This document shows, piece after piece, positions 49,687-59,600 of a stretch of DNA of 64,000 nucleotides (position 1 is the stretch's first letter; every line of letters starts with the position of its first letter). The DNA is taken from positions 128,001-192,000 of the forward strand of contig OZ244561.1 in the NCBI GenBank assembly GCA_965217585.1. The letters run 5' to 3'. The notes beneath the pieces are model-generated. The model searched no databases. It had not been told where the DNA came from and worked only from the letters and a program-made list of their open reading frames with translations. Source of the DNA: Candidatus Latescibacterota bacterium (GTDB lineage Bacteria > Latescibacterota > UBA2968 > UBA8231). The position numbers and the translations under genes are program-made.

Positions 49687-49870
49687 ACTGATGTTACGCA
49701 GTCTTATGCCGTGTCTGCCGCTTGCGGCCTGTGGCCCCTCACCCGGGGTCATTCCCGCGTACGCGGGAATCCAGCCTAACGCACGGGCCACAAACGGGTG
49801 TCTCTGGATGCCTGCTTTCGCAGGCATGACCGCCGATAGACCAAACGATCTTAAAGCGCGGAACGTCAGT
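49687..49870. mobile_element. Candidate MITE 1 (TA-flanked, imperfect terminal inverted repeats) containing a REP-like palindrome pair
   Basis: TA[ACTGATGTTACGCA ... GCGCGGAACGTCAGT]TA; internal GTCATTCCCGCGTACGCGGGAATCCAG (49748-49774) and inverted CTGGATGCCTGCTTTCGCAGGCATGAC (49804-49830). Confidence 0.65.
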
Positions 49871-49875
49871 TAGTA

Positions 49876-49931
49876 ACTGATGTTACGCACAGCAGGCTTC
49901 TCCTACCTATGGGGCCTGTACGTAACATAGT
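49876..49931. mobile_element. Candidate short MITE 2 with the same ends
   Basis: TA[ACTGATGTTACGCA ... TACGTAACATAGT]TA; GTTAGTAACTGATGTTACGCA is identical at 49680-49700 and 49869-49889. Confidence 0.55.
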
Positions 49932-49966
49932 TAGTAAGAGCGTCCCTTGTGGGCATCTAGCTACCC

Positions 49967-52231
49967 CTACTGGTACGCAGCATAGTGCACGGAAAGCCCA
50001 TACGAGCGGCCCGGCAGCGGGTAGCCCCACAGATCGGCTACTTGATTGTCGGTCAGGTTGCGCAGTTCCCAAGACAAGGCGATGCCCTCGACCAATGGCA
50101 CGGTGCCGCCGAGGTTGTATAGGGCGCGGACGGGCACGGTGCGCAGATTGGCCCGGTCGAGGAAATGCCGGCTTTCGCGGCTAAATTCGCCGTATAGCTC
50201 AGCACGGCCTAGGTCGAAGGAGACGCGCGTATTGAGCCGATGACGCGGCGCATTGGGCAGGTCGTTGCCCCGTTCAAAAGAGAACGGAGTGCGGTTTTCG
50301 GCGCGCTGATACGCGTAATTCCCACGGAGCACCAGCCTTGGCAACAGCCGCGCTTCGACCCGAGTCTCCGCGCCGCGCAGCAAGGCCCGGCCCATATTGT
50401 GGGGCCGCGACACCCGCTGTGAGTTTTGTATAAAGCGAATGAGGTTTTCAACGCGATTGCGATAGTACACGACCTCGGCCAGAACCAGCCCCACTCCATC
50501 GGCGGAACGCCGGAAAACCACGCCCAGATCCCAGTTGTGCCCTTCTTCACTGACGAGGTTGGTGTTGCCGATCACCGCGCCCCGGTCGCCGAAAAGTTCA
50601 AAGAAATTGGGTGCGCGCTGATAGCGGCCGTTGTGGGTCTTGAGCGCCAAGCCAGCACCTAAGTCCAAGGCCGCGCCCATGCGGTAGCCCCACAGGATTT
50701 CGCCGTTATCTCGGCTCGGCAACACTGCGCTAGGCGCGAAGTTCTTCCGATCGAAAAAGCGGTCGTCAAGCCCTTCTGCCTGCGTGCCGGCATTGAGGAT
50801 CAAGCGCTGCCCCAACGGCACCTCCACCTCGGTCCCGACGGCCAACGCTCGGCGGCGACTGCGCAAGAACCGACTGTCGGGCCGGAGCAGATCGTCGGGC
50901 ACAAAGGTCTCGTGCCGGGCCGCGACAAAAGCAGTGAGCAAAGATTGGCCGGGCAGGAGAGCATTCACTTCGCCGCGCAGGCCCAAGCCCTGAGTGATGT
51001 TGCGGTCGTGTTGGCGGCCTATGCCTACTTCGCCGCGCCGATCCCGGTACTCGTCTTTTTCGCGGGAGAGGTGGGCTTTGAGCCGGTACCCGGCGCGGTC
51101 GTGGCCCAGCGGGCCGAAGAGCGCCGCTTCGGCGATATGACGCCACGTGTCGTAACGAGTGTGCAGCGACTGGTTGTTGCCAATGCCGGGAATGCCTTTG
51201 TAGCTCAGGTCAAAGGTGTTGTGAATCTGCAAGCGGCTGGCACCCAAGCTGCGCCCGATTTTGGCCAAGCCGCGCAAGCCGCGAAAATCGCTGTTGAGCC
51301 GTCGCGCCCAGCCGTCGTCTTGGGCGTTGTACTCGGTGCCGTTGTCATCCCAAAAGCGGAAGTCGTTGCGGCTGGCTCGGTAGTTGACCAAGCCCAAGTA
51401 CTCCCAGCCCTTATAGGGGCCGCTGAGCGAAGCACCCAGTTGGCGGGTGTCGTACGAACCGGTGGCCGTGTGCAAGCGCGTGCGGACTTTGCCACCGAGT
51501 GGCTGCGTGCGGATGTGGACCACGCCGCCGAGGCTGTTGCCGCCAAAGCGCGACGGCACCGCGCCCCGGTATATATCGACGCTTTCGACGCCGCCGATGG
51601 GCAGGCCGCCTAGATCCACGCCACCGCCCACAGCTTGGTTGAGCGGCACCCCATCGAGGAAAACTTGGACCTGTTCGGCGGTGGACCCGCGAATGGAAAG
51701 GGTGCTAAAACTGCCCAACCCACCGTAGTGGCGGATGTTGACTCCAGTAGCGCGGTCTAGGGTCTGGGCTAGGTCCGCGCCGGGAGCGCGCCGGTTGCCC
51801 AAAGCGATGGTTTCGACGAAAGAGGCAATGTGCTTGCCCTCGGGGTCGCGGCGGGCGCGGACCACCAACTCGTCCATGAGCATGGGCAGGGACTGCAGAT
51901 GCAACTCAACTGAGGTGGGAGCTGCGCCGATCTGGATGTGGCCTTGCAGGGGCCGGTAGCCCAGCCGTTCCACGCGCAAATCCCAAGTGCCTGTTGATAG
52001 ATTTTCGAGCCGGAAGGTGCCGGTCGTATCGCTGCGGACGGAACGGATTGCGCCGGATGGGGCGCTCAGCGTCAATACGGCACCGGACACGGAACGTCCC
52101 GCGTCCGGGTCGAGCAACCGGCCTTGCAGGTCCCCGGCTAGGAGAACCTCGGGGTGCAGGGCCAACAATAGGGAAAAAATAAAAATGCCCGCCCTCGTTC
52201 GAGAGCGGGTCTGGGTGCTTGTACTAGGCAC
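49967..52231 (-). CDS. TonB-dependent receptor, probable cobalamin transporter (BtuB-like), with N-terminal carboxypeptidase-regulatory-like domain
   Basis: Plug motifs SIRGS..EQV.VFLDGVPL, VDIYRG..P..FGGNSLGGVV; C-terminal NLTD...GYPLPGRSY; first gene after riboswitch. Confidence 0.88.
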   Translation of the reverse strand: MPSTSTQTRSRTRAGIFIFSLLLALHPEVLLAGDLQGRLLDPDAGRSVSGAVLTLSAPSGAIRSVRSDTTGTFRLENLSTGTWDLRVERLGYRPLQGHIQIGAAPTSVELHLQSLPMLMDELVVRARRDPEGKHIASFVETIALGNRRAPGADLAQTLDRATGVNIRHYGGLGSFSTLSIRGSTAEQVQVFLDGVPLNQAVGGGVDLGGLPIGGVESVDIYRGAVPSRFGGNSLGGVVHIRTQPLGGKVRTRLHTATGSYDTRQLGASLSGPYKGWEYLGLVNYRASRNDFRFWDDNGTEYNAQDDGWARRLNSDFRGLRGLAKIGRSLGASRLQIHNTFDLSYKGIPGIGNNQSLHTRYDTWRHIAEAALFGPLGHDRAGYRLKAHLSREKDEYRDRRGEVGIGRQHDRNITQGLGLRGEVNALLPGQSLLTAFVAARHETFVPDDLLRPDSRFLRSRRRALAVGTEVEVPLGQRLILNAGTQAEGLDDRFFDRKNFAPSAVLPSRDNGEILWGYRMGAALDLGAGLALKTHNGRYQRAPNFFELFGDRGAVIGNTNLVSEEGHNWDLGVVFRRSADGVGLVLAEVVYYRNRVENLIRFIQNSQRVSRPHNMGRALLRGAETRVEARLLPRLVLRGNYAYQRAENRTPFSFERGNDLPNAPRHRLNTRVSFDLGRAELYGEFSRESRHFLDRANLRTVPVRALYNLGGTVPLVEGIALSWELRNLTDNQVADLWGYPLPGRSYGLSVHYAAYQ

Positions 52232-52271
52232 CGGTGGACCAACCTTTCTGCCGAAGGGTATCGTTCACCTC

Positions 52272-52465
52272 GGTCGCAGGCAGGTCTCCTGACTTCCGGT
52301 TATGTGCCGTCCGACTCCTTCCCGATCCACATGGGGATCAGTGGCTGATGTCGGGGACGCGACGGCTAGTGAGCCGTCAACCGGTCACAGTGGCGGGACC
52401 GCGGCAGATTTGCACTGCCTTCCCTATTCTTCCGCTACGTCTAACAGCGGACACCTGCGCCGTTA
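52272..52465 (-). ncRNA. Cobalamin (B12) riboswitch
   Basis: Minus strand reads AGGTG...AATAGGGAAGGCAGTGCAAATCTGCCGCGGTCCCGCCACTGTGA...AGCCACTG...GGGAAGG...AAGTCAGGAGACCTGCC (B12 box); upstream of the receptor/pduO operon. Confidence 0.95.
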
Positions 52466-52477
52466 TTTGATTGGGCT

Positions 52478-52506
52478 ATTAAAAGGGCTGCGTTCGGTTC
52501 TGTCAA
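52478..52506 (-). promoter_or_regulatory. Sigma70-type promoter for the B12 operon
   Basis: TTGACA-N17-TTTAAT on the minus strand just upstream of the riboswitch. Confidence 0.7.
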
Positions 52507-52641
52507 GAGTGCGCGGAAAAACCCCGTCTTCAGACTCGCGGTCTTTTCCGCGGCGATCATGGCACGAAAGTCCTCGTACACGGCCGAACCCTAACGCTGG
52601 TGAAAGGCCGTGCGCCGTTCCAAGAGCAGTTTAGCCAGCAC

Positions 52642-52812
52642 TTATCTCTCTTGCGAAGTCTGTTTTCCGCGGAGTACTCTGGCCCGATACTTCTCGTCCA
52701 ACTCCTGATAATGGCGGACGAGTCCCTCCGGATCGTTCCCAACTTCTTCGGATATCTTCCGGCGGATAGCTCGAACTCGATCTATCACATCTTTAGAGTG
52801 CTCAGACATCAT
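52642..52812 (-). CDS. Small protein resembling the partners found downstream of PIN-domain toxins
   Basis: GGAGGTGAGG RBS; DVIDRVRAIRRKISEEVGNDPEGLVRHYQEL; overlaps an LVTPLELLGGEDDV* remnant. Confidence 0.55.
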   Translation of the reverse strand: MMSEHSKDVIDRVRAIRRKISEEVGNDPEGLVRHYQELDEKYRARVLRGKQTSQER

Positions 52813-52846
52813 CCTCACCTCCAAGGAGTTCCAAGGGCGTCACAAG
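52802..52846 (-). pseudogene. Possible 3' remnant of a PIN-domain toxin gene
   Basis: LVTPLELLGGEDDV* resembles PIN-family C-termini; upstream sequence is unrelated. Confidence 0.4.
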
Positions 52847-52895
52847 ATACACTCTTCCGCTCACTGTAATCTTCCTTCCTGAAGTGGGTTGACAT

Positions 52896-52959
52896 GAAGC
52901 CGTCTCTGAACCTCCGGCGGCCTTCGCTTGTAGCTCACCCGGAATTTTAAGACGGCTTC
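52896..52959. repeat. Short inverted-repeat element (IS-end/MITE-like) at the island boundary
   Basis: GAAGCCGTCT (52896-52905) and AGACGGCTTC (52950-52959) are exact reverse complements. Confidence 0.5.
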
Positions 52960-53110
52960 TAACCAAGCCCGGCAAGGCCATGTTCATGGCGTGGTCGATG
53001 CCTAGGCAGTTCGCGCTGTTCGACGATTTCGCCGAACAGCCCCTACCGCCCCCAGCAAGTCTTTCCTGTGGCCCAACGCCACAACAAAGGGGTCGGATGA
53101 CAAAGCACTG

Positions 53111-53767
53111 CTAATCCCTCAGTAGGATGTTCTGCTCCTTCAGGCTCTGGATTAGTTGGCTAAATTTAGGCACCAATCGGATCACGATACGTCGGTTAGG
53201 GGACTGTTCATCCTTTGTTCCGGTTAGAACAACCAGCTCCCGCTCGCCTAAGCCAACCGGGACGATATCGAAATTTTCCCAAGTGAAGTCGACCTGCTCC
53301 CAATAGTCCACTACAGTTTGAGATCGTTTCAGAGATAGACTGCGGTTGTATTCCCTCTCGCCGTAACTGTCGGTATGGCCCTCTACCACAATACTGAACA
53401 ATTTACTGTCTTTTTTTTCAATAAACTGCTTTAATTTTTGACCTATTCGCCTGAGCCGATTTTGCCCTTCGACGGGAATATCATCCAGATCGGATTCATT
53501 AAAAGAGAACAAGATATCACTACGCATCACAATAGTACCCTCTTCCACGACGACGTCTTCCCCCCCCATAAATTCCTCTAACTCATCGAGATCCTTCTCT
53601 ATCTTACCCACCAACTCTTCTAGCGTCCGCAGACGGCTCAGATCCACATAATTTTTGATCACCATCACGACGAGAAAAAAAGTGACGCAAATGAAAATAG
53701 CCGTGATTGCGTCCGTGAAAGAAGGCCAGAAATTGAGCCCACTATGGCTACTGTGATTCCTTTTCAT
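53111..53767 (-). CDS. ZorB/MotB-like protein with OmpA-type peptidoglycan-binding domain
   Basis: FWPSFTDAITAIF TM with conserved Asp; ILFSFNE, VEGHTDS, NRSLSLKRS, NRRIVI. Confidence 0.88.
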   Translation of the reverse strand: MKRNHSSHSGLNFWPSFTDAITAIFICVTFFLVVMVIKNYVDLSRLRTLEELVGKIEKDLDELEEFMGGEDVVVEEGTIVMRSDILFSFNESDLDDIPVEGQNRLRRIGQKLKQFIEKKDSKLFSIVVEGHTDSYGEREYNRSLSLKRSQTVVDYWEQVDFTWENFDIVPVGLGERELVVLTGTKDEQSPNRRIVIRLVPKFSQLIQSLKEQNILLRD

Positions 53768-53806
53768 CCAGGGCTGCTTTCCCAAGCATTCAGCCGATGG
53801 GCCTGA

Positions 53807-55570
53807 CTATTCCTTGCTATTTTTCTTGAATAATCGACGAATCCAACCCCAATTTCTTCGCGGTCGTACGGTTATAACTTGCGGCGATTTCGCCATGCCG
53901 TCCAACTGTTTTTCTATAGCCTGAGCCGTCGCATGCATGTCTTCAAGCTGGGGGATTACCTGATCGATAGCTTTCAGTACTTGGAGATCCTCGTCCGTTT
54001 TTTTGAACCCTTGATTGATGGCTCCTACCATTTGATCTAGCTGATTCTGCAACGCCCCTGTCGCTTTGCTCAATCCCTGCAGATCTTGGTGAAGCCCTTC
54101 TAAGCCATCTTGTACAGGTTGGTTAGCCCGTTCAAACACTTCGCCTTGTTCCTTACCCAATCTTTGCAGATCTTGGCGAAGCCCTTCCAAGCCATCTTGT
54201 ACAGGTTGGTTAGCCCGTTCAAACGCTTCGCCTTGTTCCTTGCCCAATCTTTGCAGATCTTGGCGAAGCCCTTCCAAGCCATCTTGTACAGGTTGGTTAG
54301 CCCGTTCAAACGCTTCGCCTTGTTCCTTGAGGCCATTACTGACAGCACTGAGCAGGTTCTGGATGTTCGTGAAATGGGGACGATAATCTGTGTCATTCAA
54401 TCCTCTTATCGTCTCTAGAGTCTCCGCTAGGCCGTTTCCTAGAATCTCTATTCGCTCCTCAAATAACTTGGATTGTTTGTCCATCCGCTCATCAAAGGCT
54501 TGAAACTGTCGGGCCATCAGGCGCTCGCTCTCCTTGAGCATAGTATCGACGCTGCCCTTGAGCGCATTCAGAGGCCAGCTTAGCCGCTCAAAGTTCTCGA
54601 TGTGTCGAGAAAACTCTATAGCCGCTCTCATTATTTTTTCCGCCCCCGCAGCTACCGTATCTTTGTGCTGCTCAAAAATCTGCGCGCTCTTCAGACTGGC
54701 CTCGCTACTTTCCTTGAGCTTCGTGCCGCCCTCTTCTATAAGTAAGACCATGCGGGCGTTACTATTGACAATCTCCTTGAGTCTTTTGTCTAAGTATTCG
54801 GAAAGCGCAGTGAAATACTTATCGTATAGGTCGTTTACTGTTTGAGTAAAGACGCGGCTCAAGCGCAACTGAGGCGGGATTACAGCAAACTTGGGAGCGA
54901 TCTTCGCGTTGAAGCACTCTTCCATGTTTGCCAATAATGTGTTCCTACTGTGGAGTAGTGGGCTGTACAGAGCATTGAGGATTAAGGTGGAAAAAAGTCC
55001 TATTATACTGGTAATGAACGCCAGCGGCATCCCGCTTACGGACTGTCCTAATCCTTCTAGGATGGTACTAAATACATCCTCTATTTTTACCTCTTGGCTC
55101 AACGTCGGTGAAATCTGCGCTCCTTGGATAATACCTGGGATAGGTATGACCACGATTATTAAGCCAACGAACGTGCCCAGTAGGCCCAATAGAATGAGGC
55201 TGCTGGTAAGTGAGCGGAATGCTTCGTCGTACCGGGCGAGTTCGTGTTCGATAGAGCCGATAAGACCGTCTACATCTGGAGCTTTATTTTGCCGATGTAA
55301 GGACCTAAAATGTTCGAGCCAACGGACGGCTAGGGGATGCTGGACTTCCTTAATAACATCTTCGGGAGATTGCTCAGTCTTTTCCTCTAGATTGAAATTA
55401 GAATTGCTTTTCTCCCATCTCTCCATAGCACGCAATCCGCTGCGATATCGCCGCGTTTCTCTGCATCCTTGGACAAATAGGACAAGTGCAAATAGGCCGA
55501 CCAAGATAATGAGAGCGATAAAACAGTCCCGAATCTGATCGCTGTTTTGGGCTAAAAAGTCTAAACTCAT
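53807..55570 (-). CDS. ZorA/MotA-TolQ-ExbB-like channel subunit with long helical cytoplasmic tail
   Basis: Three TMs incl. LLGLLGTFVGL and GMPLAFITSIIGL; ~380-aa coiled-coil-like tail; directly upstream of MotB-like gene. Confidence 0.82.
   Translation of the reverse strand: MSLDFLAQNSDQIRDCFIALIILVGLFALVLFVQGCRETRRYRSGLRAMERWEKSNSNFNLEEKTEQSPEDVIKEVQHPLAVRWLEHFRSLHRQNKAPDVDGLIGSIEHELARYDEAFRSLTSSLILLGLLGTFVGLIIVVIPIPGIIQGAQISPTLSQEVKIEDVFSTILEGLGQSVSGMPLAFITSIIGLFSTLILNALYSPLLHSRNTLLANMEECFNAKIAPKFAVIPPQLRLSRVFTQTVNDLYDKYFTALSEYLDKRLKEIVNSNARMVLLIEEGGTKLKESSEASLKSAQIFEQHKDTVAAGAEKIMRAAIEFSRHIENFERLSWPLNALKGSVDTMLKESERLMARQFQAFDERMDKQSKLFEERIEILGNGLAETLETIRGLNDTDYRPHFTNIQNLLSAVSNGLKEQGEAFERANQPVQDGLEGLRQDLQRLGKEQGEAFERANQPVQDGLEGLRQDLQRLGKEQGEVFERANQPVQDGLEGLHQDLQGLSKATGALQNQLDQMVGAINQGFKKTDEDLQVLKAIDQVIPQLEDMHATAQAIEKQLDGMAKSPQVITVRPRRNWGWIRRLFKKNSKE
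54069..54329 (-). repeat. Three tandem 87-bp (29-aa) repeats in the ZorA-like tail
   Basis: KEQGEAFERANQPVQDGLEGLRQDLQRLG x3; TGCAGATCTTGG recurs at 54078, 54165, 54252. Confidence 0.95.
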
Positions 55571-55627
55571 GGGAGAGGATTTCTCTGCTGTAGTTGCAAT
55601 TCAGTTACAGGACAGGCACCCTTTTAC

Positions 55628-56578
55628 TCATTTCGCTAGCAAAATCCCAGACTTAACAATTACGTCAGTCCCCCGGCGCAATCCAGGTGTAACAGGTCGA
55701 ATCACTTGACCACGGCCTACCTGAGAATCTTCTCGCTCATCGAAAATTCGGTGATATTCTAGCGAGCGTTCGTCCCCTTGATCCGGCCAAATCAACTCAA
55801 GACCGCGCTCTTGGACAAATTTTTCCAATTTCGCGGGTTTCTGTTTTAGCGATTTTTTCTCGTTGAACAACCGGTCGATTAAAGCGATCAGAGCAGTATC
55901 CCACGGATTACAGAGACTGTCTATCTTAGCTTGGATCATCGTCAATTGACCCTTGAGATCCGATTCCTTCGATATAAGAGAGACCAACTCCAATCCATTC
56001 ACTGCCTCCTTGAGTTTTTCGATGTCCTTGTTAATAGTCTCAGTATCCTGTACCGACGGTATACCCTCCTCGGCTTCTAGTGGCAGTTCGTTGAGCATTT
56101 CTCGGAAACGATCTCGGGTATTTGTAATATCTGAGTATTCTTCATTCCATTTTTCGGAGGCAGCCTGTACTTCTTCTTGGAACGATTTTAGTCTATTTTG
56201 CAGATCGGCCTCTAGCTTTTGTAGTTCTTGAAATTTGGTGTTGGTAGGGATGGACTGGCGGAGCTCTACGTAGTCGTCGTAGGACGCTTGCATAACGTCG
56301 CGGAACTTTGCCAGCCTGTCTCTGAAATTGCTCACATCGTTCAAGAACTCGCCCACCTTTTCTACACAGCTCTCTTCCGCCTCATCGAAGCTCTTGGCTG
56401 TATCGAGGATCTGCGCGAATATGAGGTCGCCGAGACCACCTTTGCGTAGTTCCTCGCGAACCTGTCTTGTCTCGGCGACGATTTCCCGCAGAGCTTGGAG
56501 TTCTTGCTCCCAGTGGGCAACTTCGTTGACTAGAGCGTCAATCTTTTCTTGGAATTCTGCCATAGATATCTTACCCAT
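55628..56578 (-). CDS. Coiled-coil protein with C-terminal GrpE-like domain
   Basis: Long heptad-rich N-terminus; GLELIWPDQGD....YH....GQVIRPVTPGLRRG..VIVKSGILL matches the GrpE beta-domain pattern; follows Hsp70-like gene. Confidence 0.65.
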   Translation of the reverse strand: MGKISMAEFQEKIDALVNEVAHWEQELQALREIVAETRQVREELRKGGLGDLIFAQILDTAKSFDEAEESCVEKVGEFLNDVSNFRDRLAKFRDVMQASYDDYVELRQSIPTNTKFQELQKLEADLQNRLKSFQEEVQAASEKWNEEYSDITNTRDRFREMLNELPLEAEEGIPSVQDTETINKDIEKLKEAVNGLELVSLISKESDLKGQLTMIQAKIDSLCNPWDTALIALIDRLFNEKKSLKQKPAKLEKFVQERGLELIWPDQGDERSLEYHRIFDEREDSQVGRGQVIRPVTPGLRRGTDVIVKSGILLAK

Positions 56579-56646
56579 TTAATCTTTTGCTGATCTTTAT
56601 TTCTTTTTTTGATGTCTTCCTTGTCAGGTATATTACTACAAAACAT

Positions 56647-59600
56647 TCAACTATAGTTAAAGTCCTCGTATTTCAAGTAGTCATCATAGATTTCTTCAAA
56701 ATCACTTCCATCCTTTTCCTGTCCTACCGCGAAGTTGTAATAGAGCTGACCGCGATTGTTTTCGTCGCCTCGAAGCTCGAGCTTGTACTGCCAATAAGCG
56801 GCCTGCTTAAAAGCTCTTTCCTCCAGTGGCATGGGAATAGCCGCCACTTTCTGCCGGTCCGCCTTCAGATTTTTGTAGTTCCAATCGAAAAATTCGTACA
56901 GTGATACCATCTGTGAAGTGCGGGATTGACGCTTGGGGATAACCTTGCTCACATAGGGATGTACCTTTCCCTTCTCTAGAGAAAGCCAGCGATCAAAAAT
57001 GGGCCTGAAGCCTCTCATCATATTGTAGGAACCTAGCGGATAATTTAGTTTGTGTACTCCGGAGACTTCGAGGGGGAACTCTTGATCTTCTAGTAGGGAC
57101 ATTCCGTAAAGAGCCGCTCCCGCGGCTACGCTGACCTTCCGTTCATTATTGGAGTCCAGTGAAGAAAGAGCAGGGGTCGAAACTTCTTTGGTCTCCATGC
57201 CTTGGGCGATCTCATTCACAATCGGCAATTTGGACGAATTGCCTGCCAAGATAAGATGATCCAACTGAAAACCGGATATAATTTTCTGCTTGTAAAGCTC
57301 CTTCTGCATCAAGTCCAGTTTCTTGAAACCCCGCTCCAATTCTCGGCGGAGCACAGAAAGGATAGCGTGATAATCCATAGAGCCAAGTTGCCTTGGTAAA
57401 TCGCTTTTGTTGATGCTGCGCTTCAATCCATTGATCCGGAATACATCACCCTCTTCCCGGCTAGCCAACTCAATGCTGGGCCAGTTCAGTTTCTCCCCAC
57501 TGGCGAGCAGGTCCAGCAATCCCGCATCCCTTGTCTGGCTCACTTCCTTATAGCGCTGTGGGGGAAAACATTCTTGGAACCGCTCATAAGTCGTGCTGTT
57601 TGTCTTTATCATCTCGGCTAACTGATAGAGCTTTAGGAAGTTCGTTTTCACACTAGGATCTTGGGTGCGTAAGCCATCGCGTAGATCCTTGGGAAAGGGA
57701 AAGTGACTGCGATACTGTTCAGGGACGAGTTCCTCATAGAAGTATTTAGCCAAGCAAAATGTCAGCAAGTTCCCCCCTAGTCGATTGTCACCATCGGAAC
57801 CGAGGATTTCCACTTGATCCACTTGATGTTCACCATCACCTATAGTGTAGCGTACGATGGAGATATCGGTCGTCCCCCCACCGCAGTCGAACACCCCAAT
57901 GATTTGTTCATCCATATCATCTTTATGGACAGACTCCTCATCCATATCATCTTCATTGGCCCTAACCATAAGCTGCCATACATAGTACACCGCGATAGCT
58001 TCAGGTTCGCTGATCTCTAGGCGGACCTCAACGTCTCGATCCTGCAAAGCCTTTTCGGCAGCGTTCTGTAGAGCCTGTTTTTGGCGGTTGAATACCGCCG
58101 GATAAGTCAGAAATATCTCTTTGGGCAAGCACCCGGATTCTTCAATGAAGCGCTCTACCATAAACCGGAGGTAAATAGCTACTTGATCCACCGGAGTCAG
58201 ACTGATATTCCGCGTATTAGGAGGATGCCCATTGATCAAGACGCCCGACATCCCGGTATCAATATAGATATTTGAATCATAGGGTCGGTTGAGAGCAGAT
58301 TTGAAACTCCAGCAGATACTGCTCATAGAATTCCAGATATCATTGACGTCGAAGTTGTCCTGAGTGATCCCGGCGACTTGGTCGAATGGCTTACGCCCAA
58401 AGCGCATAATGGCCTCTTCGTTGTTAGTCGCCACCAAGTCATGCTCGTCGGCCTCCAGAGTTCCGAGGATTTCCAGACGTTCGGTTCTCTTCCTAATCGC
58501 CCTAAACTGGAAAACTGTTGGCACTTCGTTGCGAGGCTTTTGGATATCGAGTTCTGCCCAGCGAGGTATTTGTTTCCCATTTTCAATATAGGCCAAGCAA
58601 GAATTGGTTGTCCCAAAATCAATGCCGACCGGACGCTCTAACGATTTTGGGGGCTCTACCTTGACGGTGAACTCACGCTCATCTTCGAACGTCGGTTCTT
58701 CTTCGCCGATGGCCTCTCCCTTGACGATGATCTTGGGCTTGAAGACTCTTTCCTTTTCTAGTCGAGGAATATGGCCCGTCTTTATTTTTAACTGGAGAAC
58801 CAGCGTACTGTCCTCATCAGCATCCGCTGCTGCGTTCCAAGGTCTGAGAGATCGGCCCGCGACCTCTTCAGCGTTTTTGACCTCTAGCCAGGACGTATCG
58901 CTAATCACTGTGTCTATACGTAGTTGTGCGCCTCGTGAGTGAGTAATCTTGGCACTCACGTTTTTCTCTGTTCGGCTGCCGCTAGTAATCGCCGTTTCTC
59001 TGTCAAAAAGCGGCGGCTTGAACTCCACTCTGAGCACCGGCCGAAGAGTGTACTTTAGATTGAGATGAAAATCGACATCACCTCTGTTCTGGATGGGAAA
59101 AACGAGATGTACAGGATGCCCTTCTTCAGACAGAGGCTGATTTTGGGTGAGCCTTACCGAAAGGGCTTTGTCTGGACCCAAGCGGAAAGGGTAGCTTACC
59201 TCTTCCGCCGGCACTATATCCACCACCTGATCTCCCTTGGACAGACGGGGAGGCCTTTCCAAAACCACTTCGCTTGCGGCGCGAAGGGCCAGATCGTGCC
59301 TTTGGGCTTCCTGATTTACCGGCCACAACTGTGAGCCGTCAGTGCCTTGGTCAAACTCTCGCCCCTGCTCGTCAGCCAGCCAGATTCGGGGAGCCTTTTG
59401 GACCCGGTAATGAAATGAAATCGGTGACACCGTGGAGTGCAGGGTCAACCGCCCCCGTTGGCCGTGAGACTCGGCATGCAGCCGACGTATTTCTATTGCT
59501 TCCCCTAGATCCAAGGAGACGGGCCAATTCGCTTCCGAAACCCATGCTCCCCATTCTACTCCATCGAGACGTTCCAGTTCCACGGGTATTTTCCCGGTAT

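Noticed and set aside
49680-49938. 21-bp repeats as a mini-CRISPR
   Set aside because: Only two direct copies 189 bp apart plus inverted copies; fits terminal inverted repeats better
54069-54329. Tandem repeats as a CRISPR array
   Set aside because: Contiguous 87-bp in-frame units with no unique spacers and no cas genes
53111-55570. Flagellar motAB or exbBD/tolQR serving the nearby TonB receptor
   Set aside because: Long ZorA-like tail, OmpA domain (absent from ExbD/TolR), no flagellar genes, different base composition, and separated from the B12 operon by its own promoter and riboswitch
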